This document shows positions 41,771 to 53,903 of a stretch of 64,000 nt of DNA, one piece after another (position 1 is the first letter of the stretch; every line of letters begins with the position of its first letter). Source of the DNA: Raja brachyura (taxonomy: Eukaryota); contig OY740811.1 in NCBI GenBank assembly GCA_963514005.1, positions 27,714,001-27,778,000 of the forward strand. The letters run 5' to 3'. The position numbers were made by a program, and so were the translations under genes. A model generated the notes under the pieces. That model saw nothing but the letters and a program-made list of their open reading frames with translations, was not told the DNA's origin and made no database searches.

Positions 41771-42240
41771 GTAAGTATTGCATTGACAAATGTTTTGCAC
41801 AATAATTCACTCATTCAATTACTTTTATCCTTTCCTTTTCTCTTCTGCTCCTTAAATTCCTGGCCCAGGTAATGGTTCAAATCAATAGGTGCCCAGAATC
41901 CTCCACAATTTGGCGACGATCTTTGCTATTATCTCTGCCTCCGCACGCACGAAGAATGAATACTCTGTCTTAGGAACTATCTTTGAGATAAAGTAATATA
42001 CCATAAAGAACAAAAAACGTGTTGGTTTCAACTGACTAGTGGCCATTTATCTACCTAGTCTTTCTTTCTATTCTTTCCAGCCAAGGCAGTGGTCCGCTCT
42101 ATGGCTTCTGACCTCATTTGGATCCCTTGGTAATGTGTTGGAACATGACTGTTTATGATGAGGGGAAACTAGATGTATCAAGTATTCAAACTGCCCATAT
42201 ATCTGACACCTTCATTTTACTTTTCCATTAATTTTTTTAG

Positions 42241-42403
42241 ATATCACAGACTTGAATATTACATGTGAGATCAAATTTAATGATTACAATGTCAACTGCA
42301 CCAATGGGCAATACTGTGTATGTGAAGGACCCTGCAAATATATGCTTGACATCTGTCACTGGCATGGGAATTGCTTTAATAAAGTTAATGGCTCCATTTG
42401 CAA
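42241..42403 (+). CDS. Mucin exon: Cys-rich / second EGF-like region
   Basis: TTTTTTTAG acceptor; ITDLNITCEIKFNDYNVNCTNGQYCVCEGPCKYMLDICHWHGNCFNKVNGSIC; donor GTAAGT. Confidence 0.92.
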
Positions 42404-43492
42404 GTAAGTAACATTTGTATATTGCTTTGCTCTGCTGTCCTGAAGGGAATGACTCTTTCTCAGGTCCATTTCAACTGGTACTGTGTACTCCACAGCATCT
42501 GATGGAAATCCCATTTTTCATGAAGCTCTAAAGCTAATGATGGCCTCAGACATGTGCCCAGATGCTATATCAACACACACCCACATTCCAGTGTGGGTCA
42601 TTAGAGAGTGAACACAACTTAGATTCCAGGCATATGAGAAATTTTCCATTTTAATGGCTCCCTTAGAAGAACATAATAAGAGCATAAGAAATAGAAGCAG
42701 GAGTAAACCATTTGGTCCTTCAATACCATTTTTCTGTCCCATCAATATATCATTAAAATAACAGCTAATAGTTGAGAAGGCAACAATACTCTGCACAGCC
42801 AGTTAGCTGGCTAACAGGAAACAGAACATAGACATGAATGGATCTCCTTCTGGTTGTTAAGATGTAACAAGTGGCTGTGCTGGCTGGAAGAGCCTACTCC
42901 TGCACCTATTTTCTATGCAAGTGATGTGCCACAGATATCAGTGCTGGGGCCTCATCATTGTACGATTTATAGAATTACTTGGATGAAAGTAGGGAAGATG
43001 TGGTTACTAAATTTACAAAGACACATTAGAAAGGAAGCCGTGAAGATGATGTATGGAAGCTACAAAGAGATATACACAGGATAAGTGAGTGGGCAACGAT
43101 ATATACACTAAAAATGCTGCACTCCTCACAACAGCACTGAAATGCCAGATCGGATTATGTGTTTACGTTTCTAGTAATTATTAAAACATAACTCTCAAAT
43201 GCAGAAATACTTCCATTAAACATACCTCTACCTTGTGCAATGAGGCTTCTTCACCCTAACCAACCAACTACCCTGAGTTTTGCTAAGCAACTGGTTTTTT
43301 TTAAATGACAGGCATTTCATGTTTATCTCAGACACCAGATGTGGCCCTAATCTCTTGACCCTGACGACTCTTTATTCATTTACTCATTTGTTAGTTTTGG
43401 ATATGTCTGGTAGGTTATTAAGAAAGTGTTTTATTCATTTAACGTCTTATCTACAATTGGTCACTTCATCGTTTTTTTATTTCTTTTGGAAG

Positions 43493-43654
43493 ATGTTATC
43501 GGAACACATTTTACCAATATACCGGGAAAAACTGTGCTATATTCGTAAGGAACTCAGGATTCTATGGTGTGCTGTTTGGCGTGTTGGCAGGAGCTCTGCT
43601 CCTTCTAATAGTCATCATCATTGTCATTATATACTGTCAGAGGAAGAAATACAG
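43493..43654 (+). CDS. Mucin exon: end of EGF2 and transmembrane helix
   Basis: CYRNTFYQYTGKNCAIFVRNSGFYGVLFGVLAGALLLLIVIIIVIIYCQRKKY: hydrophobic span followed by basic stop-transfer residues; donor GTATGT. Confidence 0.92.
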
Positions 43655-43784
43655 GTATGTATTAAGCTAATGATTTCTTGTGTTGAACTTCCCTGTGAGT
43701 GAAATGAGAACTTTCAATTCAAGCGGTTTGGAAAAAGTTCTACTTTAGTTATCCATTAAACTTTCACAATTTATTATTAAGTTG

Positions 43785-44190
43785 GAAAGGGTGCAAAAGA
43801 AAATCATCAGGGTGTTGCCTGGTCTGGTGGGCTTGAGTTATAATGAGACGCTGGGTCAACTGAGACTTTTTTCTTTGTAGAATAGGAGGCTGAGAGGTAA
43901 ACTTATTGAGTTGCACAAGTTCATTAAGGACATGGATAATGTGAATATTTGCAGTCTTTTCCCCAGGATAGAGGATTCTAAAATTAGAGGGCATAGACTT
44001 ACGGTGAGAGGAGAGCGATTTAAGAGCAACCTCAAGGGTGTTTTTTTAACTCAGAAGTTAGTCTGTATTTGGAATGAACTGACAGAGGAGGCTATAGAAA
44101 AGGATACAATTATGAAGACACTCGCACAGATATATGGATACGAAGGAATTAGAGGGATTATCAGTCAAATGCAGGAAAATGGGATAAGCC
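43785..44190 (+). mobile_element. CR1 LINE ORF2 3' fragment
   Basis: LFPRIEDSKIRGHRLTVRGERFKSNLKGVFLTQKLVCIWNEL, typical CR1 C-terminus; degraded. Confidence 0.85.
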
Positions 44191-44949
44191 CATTCATAGA
44201 CTATGAATGACTTTTAGCTCCATTCATAGCTCTCTCTCGTATATTTCAGCAATTTTTGCAAAGCTTAATAGCAAGACCTGGACAGGCTTGGGCAAGTAAC
44301 ATTTACAATTGCCAGTCAGTCTTCACCTCCAATAAATTTCTTCTGGCTTATAATGGCTTCACCATCATCAAACTCCAGCACGGATATCGTTAGGAGTTCC
44401 AATGGTCCACAATCAAATGAATGGCCAAATAGTCAGTGAGCAACTTGTTTCTCGACTTCCTAAATCCTTTCCCACATGCATAAACAAGCTATGGAATGCC
44501 CATTACTTGAATGGTTTCAACCTCAACAACATTCAAAATGGTTGAAGACATCCATTTGATCTGCATTCAATCCATAACTTAAAGATCCACTACCTCTGTC
44601 ACTGCAGTGAGTACTGTCTTCAGAAGGTTAGGCAGCGGTTTACAAAGTTTACTAAGGTTCCTGCAGAATTACCATCATCACCAAGCAGAACATGAGCAAC
44701 AGCACAAAGGAACATCACTACTACGTTCTCTTCAAATCACATAATTGTTTTATCATCAATCGGCCAAAATCTTGGAATTCCTCCCCAAATGTATTAGAGG
44801 TATCTTTACCAGATGTGCTACAGCAGTCCGAGGAGACCTTGGCTCACACCTTTTTAAGAGCAATGAAGAGTAGACTATAAAATACTGGCTTTGCCTAAAA
44901 ATGAACCAAATCAATTAATCAAAAAATCTGTTCTTCATCTTCCCCTCAG

Positions 44950-45020
44950 ACATTCGGATCCTGGCACTCTACAGAAGTGGTACTCGATTGATGAAGAATA
45001 TTTCAGGTTTCCACATACAG
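44950..45020 (+). CDS. Mucin exon: cytoplasmic tail 1
   Basis: CCCCTCAG acceptor; HSDPGTLQKWYSIDEEYFRFPHT; donor GTAATT; phases 2/1 fit. Confidence 0.82.
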
Positions 45021-46061
45021 GTAATTGAATACCACCTTTGCATGCAACATAACCCATAACGTTTACCTTTCATACAAGTATTTTGATAGCATGTGACATA
45101 TAAAATAATTGCATTGTTTGTCAGTTTAAACGTTTTGCCTAAATGCCCATCCTCATTTTTAGATCGTGTCATTATCTTAGCATTGTTTAGCTACAGTTTT
45201 TAACAAGGTGCTCAGGTTGATTCAAATGTTTGGTTACCTGGCATATCAAGTCAAACGCCATAGGTGTTTTCTCAGGTAAAACAAATTTGGATTCCATCCA
45301 AGTCTGATCAGAAATTAGGACCTCTGTGCGATAGATGGAGCTCAATGGGATATATGGAGCAATGTTCTTAACCTAAAGTGTGTGACCTTCTCGGCTGGCA
45401 AGCAGGCAAAGATTACAACAGCATCTGTGTGCATTTAAAATATTTAGGAAATTTAGTTGGAATGTCCACAACAATAAAAAAATATATATATTTTGCGTTC
45501 CAACTTCCCTGCCATTTGGCTGCCAGGAATCCAGGACAATACTCAGTATAGACTCAGTGCTGTAAAAGGCGATGACAGCGATGGCAGCAATCATTTATTG
45601 AGAATACTGGAAGAGGGATCCAATTGCTATTTCATTGAGTGTGGAAAAGTGAGGCTATCATTCAAAGAGTGGAAATACCTATGCTTTATATCAGGAACAA
45701 CAATTTGCTTGAGGAACACAGTAGGTTGAGTAGCATCTGTAGATGTCAAGGAATGGTCAGCGATTTGGTTCAAATTAGGACTAGGATTAGGATTCTCTTT
45801 TTGCTTCAGATTCAATCAAACACTTTATATCGCGGTGCTGCTTGCAACAATATAAATTGTATCATTATTTCAGTAGTATATATGGTATTTTTGGAGGACT
45901 TCAATGTACCCTGGTCATAGCATATCAACACATATTTCTCTCACATACACAAACTGCAACTCACTGAACTTGCCTCACAATTTAGAGATTCTACGGTATT
46001 TAAAGCCATTATTGTGTTAAATGTTATTCCCCTCCCATCTCACCCCTCCCCAATCCTACAG

Positions 46062-46213
46062 ATCTGACTACAGAGTCACCAGCACCAAATACTGGCAAAA
46101 CACTGGGGAGGAGAAAAGGAAGATACAACCTGGAAAATAATCCTTCATTCAATGACGATTTCGGTTCTGGTGTCTGGAGACCAAACTTAGACAAAGTAGA
46201 TACAGAGGCTGAG
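46062..46213 (+). CDS. Mucin exon: cytoplasmic tail 2
   Basis: C-rich tract + ACAG; DLTTESPAPNTGKTLGRRKGRYNLENNPSFNDDFGSGVWRPNLDKVDTEAE; donor GTAAAT. The PxLxxVD segment resembles MUC3/17 tails. Confidence 0.85.
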
Positions 46214-46321
46214 GTAAATTGAATGTTGCTTGCATTGTCATCGTGATCTTATAATCTATTGAGGAGAAAATGGGTTTATTATTGCCTTTAATAATGTGGT
46301 GATTTGTTTTCTCCATGCCAG

Positions 46322-46366
46322 ATACGAGCCAAGCGTCCCGAAGTGGTTATGCCGGTTGAACAGTGA
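46322..46366 (+). CDS. Mucin terminal coding exon
   Basis: GCCAG acceptor; IRAKRPEVVMPVEQ-stop, resembling the IxRP[EQ]V terminal exon of MUC3/12/17. Confidence 0.85.
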   Translation: MRAKRPEVVMPVEQ

Positions 46367-47204
46367 CAATTGATGCCAGTGTTAGAACGTCACAGCCCAC
46401 AGTAGTTTAGACAACTTTGTTCAACATGTATTAACTAAAGGGCATTTAAGCTTCCCAAAACAAAGTTAAAACTATATATTTAAAATATTTTGTTTGTTGC
46501 ATGAATATTTCTGAGAAATAAGCAAAATTCATACTGCTCAGTAACTCAGTTAAAAAAACATTTAACGTTTTTGTAGTTCCAGAAAGCTCAATAATGATTT
46601 GATTTGATTGATATAAATGTCCTATTATTTTCATGTTACAAGGTTTTCTCAGTTCTCAATGAGACAAATAGGCAGTGATTCAATACGTCTACGAATCTTC
46701 AAAACAAGAGGGAGAATGGAACAAGAGTGTTGTTGCATTTGCACCTCACAATAATACCAAGCCTTTGGATGTTGGCTTCATTAATGTTTGAATACAGTAA
46801 TCTGGTCTATTTTGGGAATGTAGGACAAAAAAATGAAGGAAAATCATTTTACTTCAGTTCTCAAACAAGAAGAATAGATACCTGGGTGGGGCACGAGGGT
46901 GTATACATGGAACTTAAGCCAAATCACAGACATAACCTTTAAGAGAGGAAAGATAATATTGTAATTATAATAAGACAGTGGGTTAATTGAAAATCTTGAT
47001 TTAACATTCATATTTTTAGTCTGTTTAATTTTTGTAATAAACTTTTCAAATAATTTTTGTCAGAATGCGTTAAGGAAAGTACATCTCGACTATTGTAGAC
47101 TGTGATATACTTTAACTTTACAATAATTGTCGTGTTTATTTAATACCAAACTATTTTATTGACTCATTTACTTATTCTAAATTGAATACGACTGTTTACA
47201 GATA

Positions 47205-47210
47205 AATAAA
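47205..47210 (+). terminator. Candidate polyadenylation signal of the mucin gene
   Basis: AATAAA at the end of an AT-rich 3' UTR-like stretch, followed by GT/T-rich sequence. An alternative AATAAA lies at 47036-47041. Confidence 0.45.
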
Positions 47211-47734
47211 GAATTGTTGTATATGAATTGTATCTGCTTCTGGTGTCCACAAGTATATTTCCTGAATGTTCTCACTTTAAGTGGTAGAAAGTGCTGGGGA
47301 ATGGTTTATAAAGAATGACATTATCTCGACAACCATGACTTTTGAAATGCAAGGGATGAAAGCAAGAAGATAAGAATTTGATATCAATATTTTGGATCAA
47401 AGGGAGTTATTGATCTGCCAAACTTCCCACTTCTCCAGGAGGCAGTTGATGGAATTCCTAGATTACTTGCAAGTGAGACACAAAATTTGTAGGAAAGAAC
47501 TGCAGATGCTGGTTTAAACCAAAGATAGACACAAAACGCTGGAATAATGTTATCCGAGATTACATGCCATATCTTAGTAGTGAAACTTAAGACAATTGAA
47601 TTCCCAAAAATGTGAATACAGTACTAATGGTTGAGGTGAAATCCAGTGTGAGAACAGGGAGACCAGAGATTTACATTAATATTGATGAAGCTTCGTAGAA
47701 AATACTTCATAATTAATAAATATCAAAACAGAGT

Positions 47735-48070
47735 GTTTAGTTTAGTTTATTATTGTCACGTGCACAGTGAAAAGCTTTTTTTGCTGCATGCTATCCAGTC
47801 AGCGAAAAGACTGCATGATTACAATCAAGTTGTCCACAGCATACAGATACGGGTTAAAGGGAATAACGTTTAGTGCAAGATAAAGTCCAGTAAAGTCCAA
47901 TAAAAGTTTGTCCGAGAGTTTCCAATGAGGTAGATGGTAGGACAGGACTGCTCTCCAGTTGGTGATAAGGTGGTTCAGTTGTCTGATAACAGTTGGGAAG
48001 AAACTGTCCCTGAATCTAGAGGTGTGCTTTTTCACACTTCTGTACCTGTTGCCTGATGGGAGAGCGGAGA
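47735..48070 (-). mobile_element. Rex1/Babar-like LINE 3' end
   Basis: Minus-strand HTSRFRDSFFPTVIRQLN motif and (CTAAA)n-type tail. A related remnant lies at ~32595-32660. Confidence 0.65.
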
Positions 48071-48429
48071 GTGGATCATTTATGGATTGGCTGCTGCAAG
48101 GTTTTGATCTTCGGCAAATATTTGGTTAAGGCAATCAAGTGCAACTTGGTCAGGTTTATTGATTATACAGTGATGATGCCAGCAATGGTTGCAAGGAGGA
48201 TGTTGAGTGGCTTCAGAGATAAATAGACAGATTATGTGAATGAGCAAGGATATGGCAGATAGAAAAATATGCAGAAAAGTAACTTTTGTATAAAATTTGA
48301 AAAATAGAGCATTTTTAAATTGTAAAATAAGAAATGGTATTAGTGTTTGGAGGGGCACGGGTGACCTTGTACACAAATCACTGAAGGTCAACACATACGT
48401 AGGTACAGAAAATTAGGAAGACAATTTTA

Positions 48430-49345
48430 GAGTCATTGAGTAATATAGCACAGAAACAGATTCTTCAGCCAAATGCATCCATGTCAACAGATGCCCATCT
48501 AAGCTTGTCCCATTAGCTCTCAATGAGACATAACCGTCTAAACCTTTCCTATCCATCTACCTGTCCACAAACCTATTAAATATTGTTATTGTACCTGTCT
48601 CAATCATTTCCTCTGGCAATTGTTCCATCTTGCACCAACCTCTGTGTGAATAAGTTGCCCTTCAGGAACCTTTTAAATGTTTCTCCTCTCACCTTAAGCC
48701 TATGCTCCTTAAGATTTTGCACACCTCTATAAGATTGTTGCTCAGTCTCCGACACACCAAGGAATAAAGTCCTCGCAACATAACATCCCAACACTTGCAC
48801 TCAATACTCTAACTGATGAATGCCAGTGTACCAAACACCTTCTTCACCATCATCTACCTGTGACACCACTTTTTAAAAAGTATGTACTTGTACTCCCAGG
48901 TCCTTCTGTTCCACGACATACCCCAGGCCCCTACCTTTCACTGTGAAGTCAGTTACTGGCTTGACTTTCCAAAATAGAACATCTCACACCTCTCTGAATT
49001 TCTATCCATTTGTCATTCCTCAGCTCACTTATACAGCTGATCAAGATCGCGCTATAATGTTTGCCAAATATCTTCACTGTTTATGATACCTTCTATTTTA
49101 GTAACATCTGCAAACTTACTAACTATGCCTTGTACATTCTCATCCAAATTATTTAAATAAATGACAAATAAACAATGGGGCCAGCACCAATAAACTTGGC
49201 ATGCCAATAGTCATGGGACTCCAGTCTGAAAAATAACCTTCCTCCATCCCCCTCTGCTTCCTACCAGGAAGCCAATCGTGTATCCAGCTTGCATCTAATC
49301 TTCCGGACTAGCCTACCGTGCAGGACCTTGGCAAATGGCTTGCAA
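48430..49345 (-). mobile_element. CR1 LINE fragment
   Basis: EHRLKVRGETFKRFLKGNLFTQR on the minus strand plus upstream degraded RT-like sequence and a CR1-type 3' UTR. Confidence 0.75.
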
Positions 49346-49699
49346 AATACCATTTACACAACAGTGGCAAGTTTTTGGAACTATATTCACAAGAAAATTG
49401 TGCAGACTCGTTTGCGGAGTATATTCATAACTCACTAGATTTCTAGATATTAAACAAATAATACTAACTGAGAGGGCAGGAAAGTGACATTGTGGCAAAT
49501 GATCAGTCATGATCTTATTGAAAGATGGAACTGGCCTGAGAGGCCATATATGGCTTTCACTGCTTTTATGTCTCAGGAGACAAATTAATGGGAAGAAAAA
49601 TACGTATGCTTCTTCATATATTTTTAGATAGATATGTTATGTGGACTTGCCACTCTGAAAGTGTTACCATGCACCTGCTCAAAGTTCTAACTACGCCTC

Positions 49700-49975
49700 A
49701 ATTTAAACAAAACCTGTGCCAACGTTTATAATATCCCTTTCAGCTGCTTGGGGGCATGTAAAGTGAAACTCGACATAACAGCACAACTCAGAATGAACAC
49801 ATTGCTGATACGGTAGCCATCGCAACACATTGTATTCAACGCAACACGAGCAAGTGTAGCCTTTGTGGATTGGCTGGTACCCCAGGCCTTAGAGACTGTT
49901 GCCAACAACATTCCCTGCCGAAATTAACTGCAGATCCCGGGACACGAGTCGGTCCTCACCGAACCTGTGAGCCAG
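49700..49975 (+). promoter_or_regulatory. Candidate ciliary-gene promoter and non-coding first exon of ODAD1
   Basis: Forkhead-like TAAACAA (49704), X-box-like GTAGCCATCGCAAC (49813-49826) and GTTGCCAACAAC (49898-49909), reverse CCAAT (49869), local CpG enrichment, donor CAG|GTAGGA at 49975/49976. Confidence 0.55.
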
Positions 49976-50984
49976 GTAGGAAGTGGGAATTTCTCATAGG
50001 TTACACCCAGATTTGCAAATTTGTTACAATAATCTAAACCTAATCTCGTAAACATTTCCAGTGCAGTCTACATTAAGCCATTTCACTGCATCGATTCATG
50101 CATTACAATTCAAAATAATGTAAGGCTATTTCAACCAAAATAATTGCAAAAAGAACAGACGTTCCCATTTCTTGCACGGTCCAGTTTACTGGAATTTCTT
50201 CATCTGAAAAAAATCCCCGAATATTTATAAAATTCCACTGAAGCTTCAGCGATAATTAATGCCAGTTATTACCAAAGATCGTTGGTTCTTACTAATATTA
50301 GTCACCGTTGTGTTATATTTTGCTCTGTTGGACGCGTCGTCGATGCTTAATGTTTCTGAATGAAAGAACCGAAGTCAGTTCGAAATGGCATCGTGCAAAT
50401 GCAAACGCCGCGGTAACTTTCAGCGAGATTGGACAGAACGCTGGCCCGGGCACCACCTTGGAGCAACCGCGATATGAGGGAAATCACTCACACTATTCCT
50501 GATCACTGTCCAGAGATTCTCGGGGCTTTCGAATAACAATCGAATTTAAGTAAATCCCTCCTCAGTTGAGAAACTGAGTGACGTTTAAAACGCACTTTCC
50601 AAGAAACATTTGTAAAGAATTTAGAGGAATATATGGGCTAAATACGTCCCAAATAGGACGAGCCTCGAATGCTAACACGGTCGGCGTGGGCAAAGCGGGC
50701 CGAAGGGCATGCAGCTCTAAGATTCTAAAATACATTCCCCTCCCATGGGATCTTCTTATTGCAAGTCAGGAGATGCCATATCTGCCATTTTCCATCATCC
50801 CTTCTCACTTTACCGGGCCTCAAACTCTTGAGAAAACGTTTTATTATAATAAGGGTGCACTACAAAATTAGAGAGGATTCGCTGTAACTATTGGAGGATG
50901 GTGAGATCACAGAAAAATTACTACAGCAATGTTTTTTCTCCCTCTCGTCTATATTCAGTCATCTCCCTCTACTTACAGTTGTAG

Positions 50985-51174
50985 GAAGGAACTGCAGGCG
51001 CTGGTTTAAACCGAAGATAGATACAAAATGCTGGAGTAACTCAGCGAGACAGGCAGCATCTCTGGAGAGAAGAAATGGTTAACATTTCAGCTGGACCCGA
51101 AACGTCACCCATTTCTTCTATCCAGAGTTGCTGCCTGTCCCACTGAGTTACTCCAGTATTTTGTGTCTATCTTC
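50985..51174. repeat. Inverted pair of Penelope-type terminal repeats (hairpin)
   Basis: 51013-51088 is the near reverse complement of 51099-51174; the same motif borders the PLE at 58600-58690. Confidence 0.8.
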
Positions 51175-51539
51175 CCTCCACTTGTGCCTGCTCGTTCTCA
51201 GGCAGCATCACCTCTAATTTCACCAATGTGTGTTCTCGTCTCCATCCTAGTAACAAGCACTCTCTGTGTTCTCGCAATGAACACTCCCTATGCTCTCTCT
51301 CCATCTCTAATCTACCCCTGCAATCTAAAATATGCACGTTTTCTAGTGTTGCCAAGATCTGATCAGATCTTAAAATATCAGGTTTATTCTGTTTCCGTCT
51401 CTACAGATACTTCCTGACCAGCTGAAAATGTCTAGCATCTGCAGTATTTTTTGCTTTATGACAGAAGTTCTATAAGCAGTTATTGTCTCCACATGAAGGA
51501 AAGGTATACTTGCCTTGTGGGCAGTTCAGAGAAGGTTTG

Positions 51540-52200
51540 AAAGCATTATGAAAGTAAGCATGCAGGTATAGCAGGCAGTGAAGAAAGCAAATGGCATGTT
51601 GGCCTTCATAACAAGAGGAGTTGAGTATAGGAGCAAAGAGTGAGACCATACCTGGAGTATTGTATGCAGTTTTGGTCCTCTAATTTGAGGCTATTGAGGG
51701 AGTGCAGCGTATGTTTACAAGGTTAATTCCCGGGATGGCGGGACTGTCGTATGCTGAGAGAATGGAGCGCTTGGGTTTGTATACTCTGGAATTTAGAAGG
51801 ATGAGAGGGTATCTTATTGAAACATATGATTATTAAGGGTTTGGACATGCTAGAGGCAAGAAACATGTTCCCGATGTTGGATGAGTCCAGAACCAGGGGC
51901 ACAGTTTAAGAATAAGTGGTAAGCCATTTAGAACGGAGCTGAGGAAACGCTTTTTCACACAGAGTTGTGAGGCTGTGGAATTCTCTGCTTCAGAGGGCGG
52001 TGGAGACCGGTTCTATGGATACTTTCAAGAGCTAGATAGGGCTCTTAAACATAGGAGGATATGGGGATATGGGGACATAGGGGATATGGGGAGAAGGGAG
52101 GAACAGGGTACTGATTGGGGATGATCAAGCCATGGTCACATTGAATGGTGGTGCCGGCTCAAAGGGCCGAATGGCCTACTCCTACACCTATTGTCTATTG
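51540..52200 (+). mobile_element. CR1 LINE 3' fragment nested in an older CR1 remnant
   Basis: Same ORF2 end and 3' UTR as the 35385-35805 copy; (CTATTGT)-like tail; GTTTG on both flanks. Confidence 0.88.
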
Positions 52201-52789
52201 TTTGCTAGATTTCTTCCATGTTGCCAGGGGTTATATTATAATGAAGAAATAAGCAGATTGGAGTTTAGATGAACTCCTTTGGTTGGTTGTTGCTGTGAGC
52301 ATGTTAAAGAATCTTCTGTTAAAGAATCATTGGGTAAAGTCTCAGGATAAGATAACGACCATTTAAGACTCAGACACAGAGAGATTAGCTCTCTCCGAGG
52401 TCTGTGAGACAGAATGGGAGCCTGAAATCTTAAGTATACAGAAGCCTGTATGCAATGCCTTGATTATTTGTGTAATTTTGTAGGTGGGGAACTGAACGGA
52501 TAAGAAAACCATTGCCAGCATTGTCTGCATTTCAAAGGCCTTTTCCGACATTTATTACAACCTAGTGAGCAGACAAGCACATGTACCTAATAAGGTTCTT
52601 GCTTTAAAGCTACAACTGATACTAAATGTGCTCTTCTGAGGCATTGATTTTCGAGATATTAGACAAAGCATGGTTGGTGGGGACCAGACAGAAACCAATG
52701 TCAAGGCCAGATTAGTCGTGATTTATTAATCTTTGGAGCAAATGGCCTACTCCTTTCCATCTTCCTTTCAAGAGAAAAGCAATGCCCTT

Positions 52790-53180
52790 ATATATTTCAA
52801 ATTTAGTATCGCATTGAAATGAGAGGGGAACTCCTAGAAACTATTAATGTTGTAACAGGGCTGGACACACTTGATACAGAGAGGATGTTCCCAGTGACCT
52901 GAGAGTCACAGCATCATATTTGAGAATCAGAAGAAATCCCTTCATACAAAGGGTGATTAACATGTGGGATTCTGCATCACAGAAGGTAGTGGAGGCCATG
53001 TCATTAACTGCATTTTCAATAAGGAGGTAGATATAGTTCTTAATGCCAAAGATATCATGAGATATGGAGGGAAAGTAGGAACACAATATTTAAGTGGATG
53101 ATAAACCATGATTGTGGTGAATAGAGGAGTAAACCCAAAGAGTAATAGGCCTACTCTTGTTCCTATTTTCAACATTTCTA
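52790..53180 (+). mobile_element. Degraded CR1 LINE 3' fragment
   Basis: Diverged copy of the same ORF2 end and 3' UTR (ggcctactcttgttcctattttc). Confidence 0.7.
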
Positions 53181-53580
53181 ATTGGTGATCACAATGTGCT
53201 CCCTCCTACATTGGAGAAATGAAAATGCAGGCTGGGTAAGCATTTAGTCTGCATCAGGTACAGGGAGTACCTGAAGTGCCAGCAGCATATCAGTTTAATT
53301 CTCCATCACGCTCTGACCTAACTTCTTTGCCTTTGGCTTCAACCACAACAATCTTGAATCTTGCATATCTCTCTTGTGTACAGATCCCAAATATAGGATT
53401 AGTGTTTGGGTTACTGTGGAATGCTGATGAATCAAAAAATATCACAAGGCTTTTGGACATAGACTGCATTCATAGCTCCTTTTATTAACTAACATGTCCA
53501 ATGGAAGTAAGCTAGCCATTATTGTACAAAACATTATTCCAAAATATGTTTACGTTTCAGAGAGAACCTGGATGCACACT

Positions 53581-53644
53581 ATGCCTCGTGGGAGTGCATC
53601 GAGTAATCGTTCCAATGGAAGTGATGGAGAAATGGAAGGGCTTG
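53581..53644 (+). CDS. ODAD1: Outer dynein arm docking complex subunit 1 (CCDC114), first coding exon
   Basis: Acceptor TTTCAG at 53560; MPRGSASSNRSNGSDGEMEGL (in-frame upstream ATG at 53572 also possible); donor GTAGGA. Resembles the CCDC114 N-terminus; the paralog CCDC63 is not fully excluded. Confidence 0.78.
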
Positions 53645-53803
53645 GTAGGAAATTTATGTACCCAGTTTAAATCTCCAATGTGCATGATGACGCAGCACAG
53701 GTCTTAATGATGTAGATTAATATTTTGGGGCAGTGGAATAATATCAGATAGATGCAAGTTTTTCTTTGCACATATCTCTAAGTTTACATTCATCTCCTTA
53801 CAG

Positions 53804-53903
53804 CTGAAAGTGAGTTGGCAAAGCTGCAGCATCAGTTCAGAATCATGGAGGGAGATCGGCAGGCATATACCCTGGAGTCCCAGGAGCTGCTGAGGAAACA
53901 GTT
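53804..53903 (+). CDS. ODAD1: ODAD1/CCDC114 coding exon 2
   Basis: AESELAKLQHQFRIMEGDRQAYTLESQELLRKQ, a conserved CCDC114/CCDC63 motif; AG/GTAAGT borders. Confidence 0.9.

Noticed and set aside
43280-43702. 140-aa ORF in the track
   Set aside because: Overlaps the mucin TM exon in a different frame; the exon frame gives the coherent EGF/TM sequence.
53185-53335. YIGE-like peptide just upstream of the ODAD1 ATG exon
   Set aside because: Short degraded GIY-YIG Penelope remnant, not an exon.
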